Virus record (IMG/VR): IMGVR_UViG_3300037420_000864
Span: 1 to 41,774 of that record
Strand: one strand, 5' to 3'
Length of the DNA stretch: 41,774 bases
Source of the DNA: a virus
Taxonomy: Duplodnaviria; Caudoviricetes
Numbering within the stretch: position 1 is the stretch's first letter; every line of letters begins with the position of its first letter. Below, piece after piece: positions 1 through 10,012 of the stretch. The notes below the pieces were generated by a model. The model was given only the letters and a program-made list of their open reading frames with translations. It was not told the DNA's origin and ran no database searches. The position numbers and the translations under genes are program-made.

Positions 1-26
1 CGCGGTGCTGGCCGCCTTCGTCGAAC
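1..26. repeat. Terminal direct overlap (identical to 41749-41774)
   Basis: cgcggtgctggccgccttcgtcgaac at both ends; also part of a 225-bp internal repeat (40589-40813). Confidence 0.95.
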
Positions 27-1029
27 TGTCGCCGGCGGTCGGCGTCGGCACGATCGGCGACACGCTGAACGTTTTGGCGCCACCGATCGTCTGCGCATTC
101 GCGGTGTCCACCGCGTCGGTGATGCCGAAGCCCGACACCGTGGTGGGTTTGCCGCTCAGGTTCGCCCACGTGAACGCCGCGGCGGCCACCGCGTCGGTGA
201 TGCCATAGCCCGCCAGCGTGGTGGGCTTGCTGCCAATCTGCGCGAAGGTGTAATCGTTCGCCGCCGGCACGACCGCGCCGGTGCGGCCGTTCCACGATGC
301 GATCGCGTCGGTGTTATCGACCTTGTCCCACGCGGTGCCGTTGTAGATGGCCCAATCGCCCACCTTCCAATCGGTGATGCCTGACAGCGACGTGCTGCCC
401 GCAACGGTGACGACGTAGTACCAGCCTTTCGACGGCGTGGCGGTGGGCGCGGCCCCGGTGCTGGCATTCCACGTTCCCTGATACTCCACCTGCCCGACGA
501 CGGCCGCCGGCAGGTAAGCGCTGGGCACCTTACTGTCGCCGCCCAGCGGCGCGACGCCGCTGGCGGCGCCGACACTCGACGCGGCCACCGCGTCGGTGAT
601 GCCGTAGCCCGACAGCGTGGTGGGCTTGCCGCCCAGGTTCGACCAGGTGAACGTCGCGGTGGCGACGTAGCCCGCCAGGGCGCCGGCAATGAATGCAGTG
701 CTGGCCGCCTTCGTCGAATTGTCGCCCGCAGTCGGCGTGGGCACGATCGGCGACGCGGTGAACGTTTTGGTTCCGCCGATCGACTCATCACCGGTGGTGT
801 GCACCACACCGGCGGGGCCCGCCGCGTCCTCCAGCGCCCCCACGCGCGCGTCCAGCGACGCGGCATCGGTGCTGCCATCCACGCCGACCTTCGCCTGCAG
901 CGCCTGCAGTGCGGCGTGCACGTTGGCGTGCACCACGTCGTGCTCGGCGCCCGGCGTGTCCTCTTGCGTGTTGGCGTCGATCACCGGGAAGGTGTCGAAC
1001 GCCAGGGGGAATTCCGACGTGCCCGGCAT
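1..1029 (-). CDS. Tail fibre protein, N-terminal 343 codons (continues across the circular join into 41748..38635)
   Basis: ATG at 1029 (MPGTSEFPLAFDTFPVIDANT...), 3 nt after the upstream stop; no stop down to base 1; contains KPTTLxG(Y/F)GITDA fibre repeats; missed by the ORF track because it runs off the end. Confidence 0.88.
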   Translation of the reverse strand, partial: MPGTSEFPLAFDTFPVIDANTQEDTPGAEHDVVHANVHAALQALQAKVGVDGSTDAASLDARVGALEDAAGPAGVVHTTGDESIGGTKTFTASPIVPTPTAGDNSTKAASTAFIAGALAGYVATATFTWSNLGGKPTTLSGYGITDAVAASSVGAASGVAPLGGDSKVPSAYLPAAVVGQVEYQGTWNASTGAAPTATPSKGWYYVVTVAGSTSLSGITDWKVGDWAIYNGTAWDKVDNTDAIASWNGRTGAVVPAANDYTFAQIGSKPTTLAGYGITDAVAAAAFTWANLSGKPTTVSGFGITDAVDTANAQTIGGAKTFSVSPIVPTPTAGDSSTKAASTA

Positions 1030-1032
1030 CGT

Positions 1033-4000
1033 TTAATCCTTGTCCCAGCGCACACCGATGCGTGCGCGGTCATCGTTCACGGTGGCGGGACCCGCGATCA
1101 CCGTGCGCGCACACCACACCGGGCTGCCCGCTGCGATCGTGTCGAAGCGCAGCTGATTGCCCGTGGCCCAGCCCGAACCGAAGCCCGCGGCGCGCAGGAT
1201 GAAGTACGGATTACCAGTGGCCGGATTGACCGGCGCACAGTCGGCCGCCGTGGTGCCAGTCGCGATCACGCCCAGCGTTTCACCGACCACCTGATACGCC
1301 GTGGCGCTGGTGAAGTTGATGCGCCAGCGCTGCGTAATCGTGTCGGCGTTTTTCAGTTCGACCGGCCACAGGCCGTCATTGAACTTTGCGCCGCCAGTCG
1401 GCGCGCTGCCGACCAGCGCATCGCTCCAGACGTTCGTCCACGTGTTCTGCGCGAACAGGTACGAATACCGCGCCTGTGCATCGCCCAGCACCAGCGCACT
1501 GCTGCACGTGGAATTCTCGGCGGTGTACGCGTGCGTCAGCGCATTGCCCAGCGACAGGTCGCCGGTGATCTGCGCGTCAGTGCACAGCGCCATATCCTCG
1601 ATGGCATGCAGCGCGACCAGCGGCTGCACGTACGCCGACAGGTCAAGCGGGCTGGCCATCGTGACCACGCCGGTGGCCAGGTTGGCGGTGAACTTCGACG
1701 CGTCGACGCCAAGGCCGTTCGCGTCATACAGCGCGACGCTCGCCAGCCCGCTGCGAGGCAGCGCCACGGTCTGTCCGGCCGTCAGGCCCGACGGCATCGT
1801 GTACGGCTGTTCGTCGGCGATCACCAGCGTGTCGCCGGCGCGAATGACCGGCACGCGACCATCCGGCGGCAGGCGCACCGGGTTGACCTTGATAATGGCC
1901 GGGTCCAGTGGCAGCGATACTTCCACCACGCAGTTGAACTTCACGCTGCCGGGGATGACCTCATCCGGCCGCCAAATGTAGCCATCACTATCGACGGCGC
2001 TGGCGTTGTACCAGCCTTCCGCCTTGTCGTCGTCGGTCAGCGTGGAATCCAGCACGTACGCGCCGAACGACACGATAAACACGCCGCTGTTGACGTCGAC
2101 GCTGCCGTGCATCGCGCTGCTGGTGATGTTGCCATTGTTGTCGGCGGTCGCACTGATCACCGCGTTATCGCGGAACCGCAGCGCCTGCACGTAGAACGTG
2201 CCAGGCCGCAGCGGGCTGCCCGGTGCGCGCCCGTACAGCATCGCCAGCGGCACCGGTGCGATCTGCGTAAGCAGGGCTTTCACCGTGATGGACTGCACCG
2301 ACGTGGTCGGCGCATTGACGCTGCGCGGCGCCCAATCCGTCAGTTTCACGCGGCCGGTGTTGTAATCGATTGTGCCGCACGCAGTGCCGGCACCCGTGCT
2401 GGTGTTCATGTTGCGGTACACGATGCCGTTGCGCTCGTAATACCAGTCCACGCTATTCCAGCCGGGCGCTTGGTCCAGCACGAACAGCAGCGAATTGGGC
2501 ACGACGGTGTTGCCCACGCCAGGCACCAGGTCGATCGTCAGGCCGTTGACGCTTACCGGGTGTGCTTCGTCGACCACGCTGGTGGCTTCGCTGGTGCCCA
2601 CGCGGTAATTGACGGTGACCGGCGTGCCATCGATCCACGGCACCAGCTTCGCCGCGTTTTCCACCGACACAATCCACGACTTCGACGGGCCCACGGCGGG
2701 TTCGTACTTGCCGGTGGCCGTCGACACCGTGCGGCCAGGAATCACCGTGGCGAAGTCGTCGCGCACTTCGGTCGGCACGTAGGCGTTGAAGTCGGGCGGG
2801 AACGTGACCAGGCCGGTGGAATAGTTGATGACGCCGCCGGCGACGGTGTTGCCCTGTTCGTCCAGCAGCCCGCCGCTGCCGTTGTCCTTCATCACGCGCG
2901 TGCGCGTGAACTGGTAGCGATAGCCCACCGCGGTGCCGGTGTATGTCAGCGACAACGTGCCCGGCGTCACGGGATAATTGGTCAACTGCACCTGACAGAA
3001 TCCGGCCGACTTCGTCGGGGTGAAGGTTTCCTGTTCGCCCTCGCCGCCGGTGTAGGACACCAGCACCGACGTGCCCGGGTCCGGCAGGTACTTCGGATAC
3101 ATGACGCATTCGCCCAGCGCGTTGTCGACCTTGCCCGTGGCCGCGCCCGACAGCACGCCATTGGCATCCGACGACACCGTGCGCTGCGTGCCGCCCGACG
3201 TGTATTTCACGCTGAACGTTCCGGGCGCGCAGCTGGGCTGCGCCAACACAAGGCGCAGTTTCAGCGCATCGCTTGGCACCTGCCCTGTGCGCACTTCGTA
3301 GTGCGCCGGCGCGCCCCAGTTGAAAATCACCGCGCTGCCAACGTCGGGCTGCGCGCCCAAGCTCACCGACACCGACCCGGTCTGGAAATTGACCAGGCCG
3401 CTGCCCACGCCCGCATCGCCGACCAGCGCGCCGCTGCCGTCGTCGGCCAGCGTGTACCACTTGCCCTGCGATCGGAAACTGACCACGGTGCTGCCCGGTG
3501 CCGGCACCGGGTTCAGCGTCTGCACGTAGACATACCCGCGATTATTGACCTGCACGGGAATGCCGACCGACAGCGCCGACGCGCTGACATTCACCGCGGG
3601 CATGGCCACCAACGGCAGGCTGCCGTTGTGATTGATGCCCACCCACACTTTGCCGTTGGCAAAATCGGAATCTTGCGCGGCGTGCAGTTCGCCGTCGGTG
3701 CCAATCATGCGGCGGCCGTCGTCGTGTGCGCGGCCCGGCCCGATTTCGACGGTGCGCGGCGTCAGCGCCGACGGGAAGTAATACCAGCGTTCCACGTCAA
3801 TGAAAAACTGGGGATAGGTCAGGCGCGCCAACGCGGTCGGCATCAGCGACACCACGCCGGGCGGGTTCGCATCCACCACCGGAACTTCGGACGACGTCGA
3901 CGGCACCAGCTGCGTGAAAATGCTGTCCACCTTCACGGTGGTATCGCCGACGTTCGCATCCTGCGCCAAGCGCACGATGCCCTTATAGCGCGCGGCATCG

Positions 4001-4662
4001 CTGGCGATCGTCTTGCGGATGATCGACGCGCCAGTGGCGACGCGCAGGAACACGTTGGGTGAAGTACCTTCGAAGGTTTGCGACAGCGGCTGGCTCAGCG
4101 TAAGGGTGATAACCCGCAGGTTGTATTCGCCGCCGTTGTCGTCGATGAACACCTCGACGCGGTGCACCACGTCCTGAATGCGGAAGAATTCGACGGTGGG
4201 CGTGGCCAGCGTTTCGTTCGTCAGCACGTACACCTGCCCGATCTCGGGCAACTCCAGCGTTGGATGCTGAAACGCGATGATGGTGCGTTGACCGGCCAGC
4301 TGCCGATCGTACGGGATCATGCGGCTGGGCACCGACGAATCCAGAAAGCGCTCCACGGCGGCCTTGGCGTCGTCGCGCACGTCATCCCAGTCTGCCGTCG
4401 TGAACAGCACGGTGGACACGCGCGGGTCCAGCGGCGCGCTTTCCACGATCATGTGCAGGTCGCTGTACAGCGCGGTGTCGGGCGTGTCCGCGATCGCGAA
4501 CAGCTTGCGCAGCGACAGTTCGCCATTTACGCGATCGATGCGCGAAATGTCGTCAAAGACGTTGTTTACCTCGCCGTCCACCACTTCGGTGTGCGTGGCC
4601 AGGCCACCACCGTCGGGGTTGTCGGTCAGGCGCTGCGAGCGAAACAGTTTGATTTCGGACAT
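1033..4662 (-). CDS. Large tail tip/baseplate structural protein (1209 aa)
   Basis: Follows TMP and Dit-like gene; N-terminus IKLFRSQRLTDNPDGGG...NNVFDDISRIDRVNGELSLRK is typical of proteobacterial siphovirus tail-tip proteins; repeated Gx(V/I)(D/N)xxTG beta modules. Confidence 0.75.
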   Translation of the reverse strand: MSEIKLFRSQRLTDNPDGGGLATHTEVVDGEVNNVFDDISRIDRVNGELSLRKLFAIADTPDTALYSDLHMIVESAPLDPRVSTVLFTTADWDDVRDDAKAAVERFLDSSVPSRMIPYDRQLAGQRTIIAFQHPTLELPEIGQVYVLTNETLATPTVEFFRIQDVVHRVEVFIDDNGGEYNLRVITLTLSQPLSQTFEGTSPNVFLRVATGASIIRKTIASDAARYKGIVRLAQDANVGDTTVKVDSIFTQLVPSTSSEVPVVDANPPGVVSLMPTALARLTYPQFFIDVERWYYFPSALTPRTVEIGPGRAHDDGRRMIGTDGELHAAQDSDFANGKVWVGINHNGSLPLVAMPAVNVSASALSVGIPVQVNNRGYVYVQTLNPVPAPGSTVVSFRSQGKWYTLADDGSGALVGDAGVGSGLVNFQTGSVSVSLGAQPDVGSAVIFNWGAPAHYEVRTGQVPSDALKLRLVLAQPSCAPGTFSVKYTSGGTQRTVSSDANGVLSGAATGKVDNALGECVMYPKYLPDPGTSVLVSYTGGEGEQETFTPTKSAGFCQVQLTNYPVTPGTLSLTYTGTAVGYRYQFTRTRVMKDNGSGGLLDEQGNTVAGGVINYSTGLVTFPPDFNAYVPTEVRDDFATVIPGRTVSTATGKYEPAVGPSKSWIVSVENAAKLVPWIDGTPVTVNYRVGTSEATSVVDEAHPVSVNGLTIDLVPGVGNTVVPNSLLFVLDQAPGWNSVDWYYERNGIVYRNMNTSTGAGTACGTIDYNTGRVKLTDWAPRSVNAPTTSVQSITVKALLTQIAPVPLAMLYGRAPGSPLRPGTFYVQALRFRDNAVISATADNNGNITSSAMHGSVDVNSGVFIVSFGAYVLDSTLTDDDKAEGWYNASAVDSDGYIWRPDEVIPGSVKFNCVVEVSLPLDPAIIKVNPVRLPPDGRVPVIRAGDTLVIADEQPYTMPSGLTAGQTVALPRSGLASVALYDANGLGVDASKFTANLATGVVTMASPLDLSAYVQPLVALHAIEDMALCTDAQITGDLSLGNALTHAYTAENSTCSSALVLGDAQARYSYLFAQNTWTNVWSDALVGSAPTGGAKFNDGLWPVELKNADTITQRWRINFTSATAYQVVGETLGVIATGTTAADCAPVNPATGNPYFILRAAGFGSGWATGNQLRFDTIAAGSPVWCARTVIAGPATVNDDRARIGVRWDKD

Positions 4663-4667
4663 TGGAA

Positions 4668-5066
4668 TTAGACCTGCATCAGGCGAAGGGTGACGGCGTA
4701 CCAGTCGGTGTCCAGGTGCGGCACGATGTGGCGCATGGCTTGCGCTTCCACTGCACCGTCGGCGTGGCGGAACAGCACGCTAAACGTGCGGCCATCGGCC
4801 AGCGTCAGCGTCATGGGCGTGCTTCGCGGCGTCGCGGCCAGTGCGCGCAGTGCGATCACGGTGGCGCGCGGCATCAACGCAAAACCCACGTTGCCCTCCA
4901 TGCGCCCCTGCAGCGTGATCGGGCGACCGGCCAGCTGCGCGGATTCCTCCACGATCACCGCGCCGCTGCATGCAATCTCCACCTGCTGCGCGGTCGGCAG
5001 CCAGGTGAACTCATCGGTCCATTCCAGGTCATCCGACAGCACGATGCTGTCCAGCTGCGTCGTCAT
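4668..5066 (-). CDS. Distal-tail-like minor tail protein (132 aa)
   Basis: Directly downstream of TMP; LxDDLEWTDEFxW...GRPITL motif common at this position. Confidence 0.65.
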   Translation of the reverse strand: MTTQLDSIVLSDDLEWTDEFTWLPTAQQVEIACSGAVIVEESAQLAGRPITLQGRMEGNVGFALMPRATVIALRALAATPRSTPMTLTLADGRTFSVLFRHADGAVEAQAMRHIVPHLDTDWYAVTLRLMQV

Positions 5067-5073
5067 GTTTGGC

Positions 5074-8000
5074 TTACCTCACGGACACGCCGCGCCGCGA
5101 ATGCAGCATGGCAATCAGGCGCTCCAGCAGCGCTTCCAGCGCGGCTTCGTCGTTTACGTCCACCGCGATCTGCACGCCCGGCAATCCACTGCCGGGGATT
5201 TCCAGGCGAATCACTTTCGTGGCAGGCGGGAACGCGCCAGCGCTCGCGGTGGGGGTGGATGCTGCAGCGCTGCCGATCGCAGTGGCCGGGCCCGTATGCA
5301 CGCCCGCGCTGTTCGCTGCGGCCACGGCGTTGTCGGCCTGCTTTTTCGCTTCGTCGGCCTGCTTCTGCTGTTCCTCTAGGCGCTGCTGCTTTTCGGCGAT
5401 CGCACGCAGCGTGGCTTCGTCGACGTAGCCATACGCCTGCTGCAGTGCCTTCACCTTCGCAGTGAGGGGATCGAACGCGGCCAGCTGTTCGTCCAGCTGC
5501 GCATTGACCTGCGCCAACGCCTCCGACTGCTGGCGCCATTCGGCGGTGATCGAATTCACACCGTTGCGCCACAGGTCGGGGAATGCGGCCAGGCGGTTCA
5601 TGGACATTAGCGCCCGGCCCGCTTCGGCCGACATCGCCACCATGTTTTCGGTGACCGTCTTAAACCCGCCGCTGCTGGCGTTGGCCGCTTCGCCGGCCTG
5701 CTCTATGGCTTCGCCAGCGGCGCTGACGTTGGCCGCCGCGTCGCTGGCGTTGCTCGACACCTGCGACAGCGCGCTGCTCGCCTTGGCCGCGCCGGTGGCG
5801 ACTTGATCACCTGCAGCGGAGCCCGCCAGGCCCAGCTGCACCAGCGCGTCGGTCGCGCCGACGGTTGCGCCCTTCACGGCCAGTTCGTTGCGCACCCGCG
5901 CCTGCGTCGACGCGTCGCTGTCCTTTGCCGCAGCCAGCTGCGCCTGCGCGTACGCGACAAACGCGCGTTTCGCGTCCTCGGTGGCGGCCTTGCCCTCGCT
6001 CACCGCCTTTGTGATCAATTCGAAGTTTCGCGCTGCCGCGTCGGCCGTGTTGCGCAGGTCGGACTGCGAGGACACGCCCAAGTCGGCAAAGGCTTTTTTC
6101 AAGCGCTCCGCGTCCGCTTCCATGGACGCGGCGGCGGTTGCGGTCTGCCCGGCCGCCGTACTCGCGCCCTGCGCTTGATGCTGCAGCGCGTCGCCCGCCT
6201 GCGTGGCCGCATCGGCCAGGCCGTGCGCACTCTGCGCGGCGCCGTCGCTGGCCTTGCCCATGGCGTCCAGCGCGGGCGCCACCGTTTTCGCCGCGTCGCC
6301 GCCGGTGTTGGCCAGCGCCACGAACGCGTCGCCCGCTTCGTGCACATTCGTGGTGAAGCGGGTGCGGAATTCCTCCGCCACGGCATTCATGCCGCCGGCG
6401 AAGTCGTGCAGCGAGCCCTGCCCCTCGTCGATGTAGCCCAGGAACTCCAGCACCTTGCGCTGCGGCAGGGTGACCGCGTCCGCGACTTCCGCGAACATGG
6501 AAACCAGCTTGCTGATCACCGCGGCCAGGCCCAGCACCACCACCTGCACCGACTGGAACACCGCGTTAAACGTGCGGCCGATGATCACCACGGCATCGAT
6601 GATGGTGCCAAGGTTTTCGCGCAGGTCGCTGATCGTTTTGCTGGCGTCGCCGATCGACTCACGAATGTTTTTCGCCAGCGCCGACCAGTCGGTGTTTTCG
6701 ATCAGGTCATGCGCGGCCTTCGCGCCTTCGGTGAACAGGTCCTTTAGCGCGCCCTTGATCTGTTCGAACTCGGGCGACTGCGCGAACTGTTCCAGGTCCT
6801 TCGACAGGTCCAGCAGTTCGTCCTTCAGCGGTTCCAGCAGCGGTTCGATCAGCGAACGGCGCGTGCGGTCGAACGCGTCGCGGATCGCCTCCGCGGCGCC
6901 GCTGACGTTGTCGCCCATGATCTTTGCGGTGGCCGCGGCCGATCCGCCCGCGTTGCGCAGGTCCTGATCCAGCGACCGCAGTGCCTTGCCGCCGCTGTCG
7001 ACCAGCGCGAGGATCGCCGGGCGCGCGGCGGCGTCCAGACTCAGCAGCGCGTCGCGGCCCCTCGTGCCCTTCGCCGCCAGCTGTTCGATCACCGTGGCGA
7101 AGTCGGTGGATTCGATGCCCAGCGACCGCAGCGCCTTCGCGAACTCGCTGGCCGGGTCCAGCATCGCGCTGAACACCGCACGCAGCGCGGTGCCTGCGCG
7201 CTCGCCGCGGAAACCCTGATCGGCCAGCGCGCCGATGATCGCCACGGTGCCTTCGGTGTCGACGCCCAGCTGCTTGGCCAGCGGCGCGGCGTAGCTCAGC
7301 GCGTCGCCCAACCCGGTGACATCGGCGGTGGTGCTGTTGGCCGCCTTGGCCAGCACGTCGGCCACGCGGCCCGCCTGATCGGCCTGCAGGCCGAACTGCG
7401 TCAGCGTGGTGGTGATGAACTGGGCAGCTTCGGCGACGCCGATGCCGGCCGCCTGCGCCAGGCTCAGCGTGGCGGGCAGCGCGGCGATCGCGGCCTGCGC
7501 GCTGCCGGTGGCGCGGGCCAGTTCGCCCAAGCCCTGCGCGGCCTCCAGCGTGCTGAACTTCGTGGCGGCGCCGCCCGCTTCGGCCGCGGCTTTCAGCGCC
7601 ACCATTTCGTCGGCGGTGGCGCCCGACACGGCGCGCACTTCGCCCAGCGCTTCTTCCAGGTTCGTCGCCGACTCGACTGCGCCGACGAACAGCGCACCGC
7701 CGGTGATCGTCGCCAGCGCGCCGACCGCGCCGGTGGCGGCGGTCGACACCTTCGCCAGGCCCTTGGCGATCGATGCCAGCGACGCGCTGCCCGACTTCGC
7801 CGCGTCGTCCAGCTTGCCGACGCCCTTGGCCGCTTCCTTCGATTGCTTGCCGGTCTGCTCGATCGCGTTGGCCGCGACCCCGGCGCGCTGGCCGAACTTG
7901 CCGATTTCATCCTGCAGGCGCGCGTATTCGCTGCCCACCTTTTCGGTGTCGACGCCCGCGGCCTGCAGTGCATGCGACGTGCGCGCCAGTTCCACCTGCT

Positions 8001-8364
8001 GGCGGTTCTGCACCTGCGTCAGTCGCGTGACTTCGTCGGCCGCGCGGGCCATCGCGCGTTCCAGCTTTTGGCTGGGCTCGGCGGTGCGGTCGAACTCGGC
8101 GCCAAGGCCCGCCAGCTTGACCTTCGCGGCCTCCAGTTCCGCGCCGGTTTCGCTAATCGACGCTTTCAGCGCGGTGAACGCGCGCAGGTTGTTGCTGGTC
8201 TGCGTCAGTTTCGCCAGTTCGTCGACCAGCGCCTGCGCTTGCGTGGCACCCTTGTCGGCACCTTCGCCCAGTTCGACTAGGCGCGCCGTCAGCTTGGACA
8301 GGTCAGCGTCGCCGCTGGTCTGAACATACAGCCGGATGGCTTCCTCAAACTGCTGCTGACTCAC
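5074..8364 (-). CDS. Tail tape measure protein (TP901-type core, 1096 aa)
   Basis: Long Ala-rich helical protein; VRAVSGAT..EM..L, TKFSTLEAAQGL, ADVLAKAAN, G.RAGTALR motifs. Confidence 0.93.
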   Translation of the reverse strand: MSQQQFEEAIRLYVQTSGDADLSKLTARLVELGEGADKGATQAQALVDELAKLTQTSNNLRAFTALKASISETGAELEAAKVKLAGLGAEFDRTAEPSQKLERAMARAADEVTRLTQVQNRQQVELARTSHALQAAGVDTEKVGSEYARLQDEIGKFGQRAGVAANAIEQTGKQSKEAAKGVGKLDDAAKSGSASLASIAKGLAKVSTAATGAVGALATITGGALFVGAVESATNLEEALGEVRAVSGATADEMVALKAAAEAGGAATKFSTLEAAQGLGELARATGSAQAAIAALPATLSLAQAAGIGVAEAAQFITTTLTQFGLQADQAGRVADVLAKAANSTTADVTGLGDALSYAAPLAKQLGVDTEGTVAIIGALADQGFRGERAGTALRAVFSAMLDPASEFAKALRSLGIESTDFATVIEQLAAKGTRGRDALLSLDAAARPAILALVDSGGKALRSLDQDLRNAGGSAAATAKIMGDNVSGAAEAIRDAFDRTRRSLIEPLLEPLKDELLDLSKDLEQFAQSPEFEQIKGALKDLFTEGAKAAHDLIENTDWSALAKNIRESIGDASKTISDLRENLGTIIDAVVIIGRTFNAVFQSVQVVVLGLAAVISKLVSMFAEVADAVTLPQRKVLEFLGYIDEGQGSLHDFAGGMNAVAEEFRTRFTTNVHEAGDAFVALANTGGDAAKTVAPALDAMGKASDGAAQSAHGLADAATQAGDALQHQAQGASTAAGQTATAAASMEADAERLKKAFADLGVSSQSDLRNTADAAARNFELITKAVSEGKAATEDAKRAFVAYAQAQLAAAKDSDASTQARVRNELAVKGATVGATDALVQLGLAGSAAGDQVATGAAKASSALSQVSSNASDAAANVSAAGEAIEQAGEAANASSGGFKTVTENMVAMSAEAGRALMSMNRLAAFPDLWRNGVNSITAEWRQQSEALAQVNAQLDEQLAAFDPLTAKVKALQQAYGYVDEATLRAIAEKQQRLEEQQKQADEAKKQADNAVAAANSAGVHTGPATAIGSAAASTPTASAGAFPPATKVIRLEIPGSGLPGVQIAVDVNDEAALEALLERLIAMLHSRRGVSVR

Positions 8365-9011
8365 GCGCCTTTCCCCTTACGCGACACCAGCAGACCGATC
8401 TGCCGGTGGATTTCCGACTGGTACACGTCCAGCAGCTGGCCGCTGATTTTTGGCGCGTTGCGCATGTCATCGCCCAGCATCATTTCCAGCGGCGACGGGC
8501 CACGCAGCAGTCGCAGCGGTGCGCGCCCGTAGCGCTTTGGCCCGCCCTGCGTGGTGAACTCGCGCACGCGGATCGCGCGCACGCCGCGCACCGTGGCGAT
8601 GAACGCGCTGCTGTAGGTTTTCGCCTCGCCCAGCTGCACTTCGGCCGTCGCGCCAGGGCTGCGCGCGGCACGCTGCGCATTCCCCACGCGGTTGGCCGAT
8701 CGCCATTTACCGCGGAACTGCAGCAGGCTGATCCGCCGCGCGGATGCCTGCACACCGATGTACGTTTCACCCTTGCGGCTGCGCCCTTCGACGGTGCGAA
8801 ACTTGCCGTTCAGCGCACTGCTGGCCACACCGTAGCGCGTCAGAATGTCGCGCTTCGCGATCGGCTGCACGCGCCTGAAAAACGAAACGCTGGCGCGCTG
8901 CGCGGCACGCTGCAGCTGCGCTTCGCTGACACCCTGCAGCTGCGCACGAATGCGTTGCATGGCGTCGGCGTTGTACGTGCGCACGAATGTGCGCGTGGCG
9001 CGGCCGCCCAT
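8361..9011 (-). CDS. Tail completion protein, lambda gpZ-like (216 aa)
   Basis: Basic protein with AFIATV and LRGPSP motifs typical of Minor_tail_Z-like proteins; overlaps TMP start. Confidence 0.6.
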   Translation of the reverse strand: MGGRATRTFVRTYNADAMQRIRAQLQGVSEAQLQRAAQRASVSFFRRVQPIAKRDILTRYGVASSALNGKFRTVEGRSRKGETYIGVQASARRISLLQFRGKWRSANRVGNAQRAARSPGATAEVQLGEAKTYSSAFIATVRGVRAIRVREFTTQGGPKRYGRAPLRLLRGPSPLEMMLGDDMRNAPKISGQLLDVYQSEIHRQIGLLVSRKGKGA

Positions 9012-9196
9012 CAGGTACGCCCCGCGATCGCGCCCAAGCGCACCAGGCGCAGGCGCAAGTCCTCCAGCACTTCGATCGAATCGCCCACGCGATAGTCGAC
9101 GCCGGCGTGGCGATGCGGACGCACGAATACCACCGGCACCCGCGCTTCCGCGGGTGCCGGTGCCTTCCCCTGACGCTTGGCCGGGCGCTTGGTCAA
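9011..9196 (-). CDS. Small virion-associated hypothetical protein (61 aa, TTG start)
   Basis: Fills the gap between major tail and gpZ-like genes; PHRHAGVDYRVGDSIEV motif recurs in phage structural modules. Confidence 0.55.
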   Translation of the reverse strand: MTKRPAKRQGKAPAPAEARVPVVFVRPHRHAGVDYRVGDSIEVLEDLRLRLVRLGAIAGRT

Positions 9197-9199
9197 GGC

Positions 9200-9997
9200 T
9201 TACGCCGTCAGCGCGTACGACGTGAATTCGTACGGCGTCGACTTGTCGCTGGGGACGATCAGCGAGCCCGCCAGCACCGGGCTGATCGGATCGCTGCCCA
9301 GCAGGTCCACGTCGCCGTCGATCGCCAGCTTGGCTTCGTAGATTTCCAGTTCGCCCTGCTCGCCGCTCACCCGGTTTTCCATATCGCCGGTGATATAGAA
9401 GGACTCGGTGGGCGTGCCGCCGCCTTGGATCACGACCTTGCTGTGCGCCAGGTATTCGTAATCCACGGTCACGCTGTCGCCGGCGCTGACGTTCGTGCCC
9501 TTGAACTTGATCTGGCCGCGGCGGTAGTCCACGTCAAAGTCCGTGCCCGCGACCAGCGTGGTGGCGCCCTTGTGCGCGACCAGCGGGGTGGCTTCGTCCA
9601 GGTAGCGATGCGCCAGCTGCAGCGGCACGTCGGTGGTGGTGACGCTGACGGGCTCGGCGCTGACGCTGCCCGCAGTCACTGCGACTTCCGCGGCGGCGCT
9701 GCCGTACAGCACGCGCGCCAGGATCATCGGCGGGACCTCCAGCAGGGTCAGCGACAGCTTGCTGGTGCCGGGCTCCTGCTCGGAATACACCGGCTGGTTG
9801 TAGCGGTTGCCGCGCTGCTTCGACTTGATTTCGACGGTGTCGCCGGCCTCGCGCGACATCACCGCGGCGTTGGCTTCCACGGGCTGGTTGCCGGTGACGT
9901 CGGCGGTGTTCGGAATGGCGGGCGTGCGGGTGCCGTCGGCGTTGATCCGCCACAGGCGGATGTTGCCGGCAAACTTTGTGACCTTCGGTGCGGGCAT
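9200..9997 (-). CDS. Major tail (tube) protein (265 aa)
   Basis: Follows the tail terminator; GAGGA RBS; beta-rich with inserted Ig-like GTDFDVDYRRGQI segment. Confidence 0.8.
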   Translation of the reverse strand: MPAPKVTKFAGNIRLWRINADGTRTPAIPNTADVTGNQPVEANAAVMSREAGDTVEIKSKQRGNRYNQPVYSEQEPGTSKLSLTLLEVPPMILARVLYGSAAAEVAVTAGSVSAEPVSVTTTDVPLQLAHRYLDEATPLVAHKGATTLVAGTDFDVDYRRGQIKFKGTNVSAGDSVTVDYEYLAHSKVVIQGGGTPTESFYITGDMENRVSGEQGELEIYEAKLAIDGDVDLLGSDPISPVLAGSLIVPSDKSTPYEFTSYALTA

Positions 9998-10012
9998 GGT
10001 GACTTCCTCGTT

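Noticed and set aside
799-4062. 1087-aa plus-strand ORF, and similar long ones at 8987-10681, 13151-15424, 22687-24618, 31499-33340 and 36613-38358
   Set aside because: Antisense shadows of genuine minus-strand genes in high-GC DNA; Arg/His/Ala-rich with no motifs
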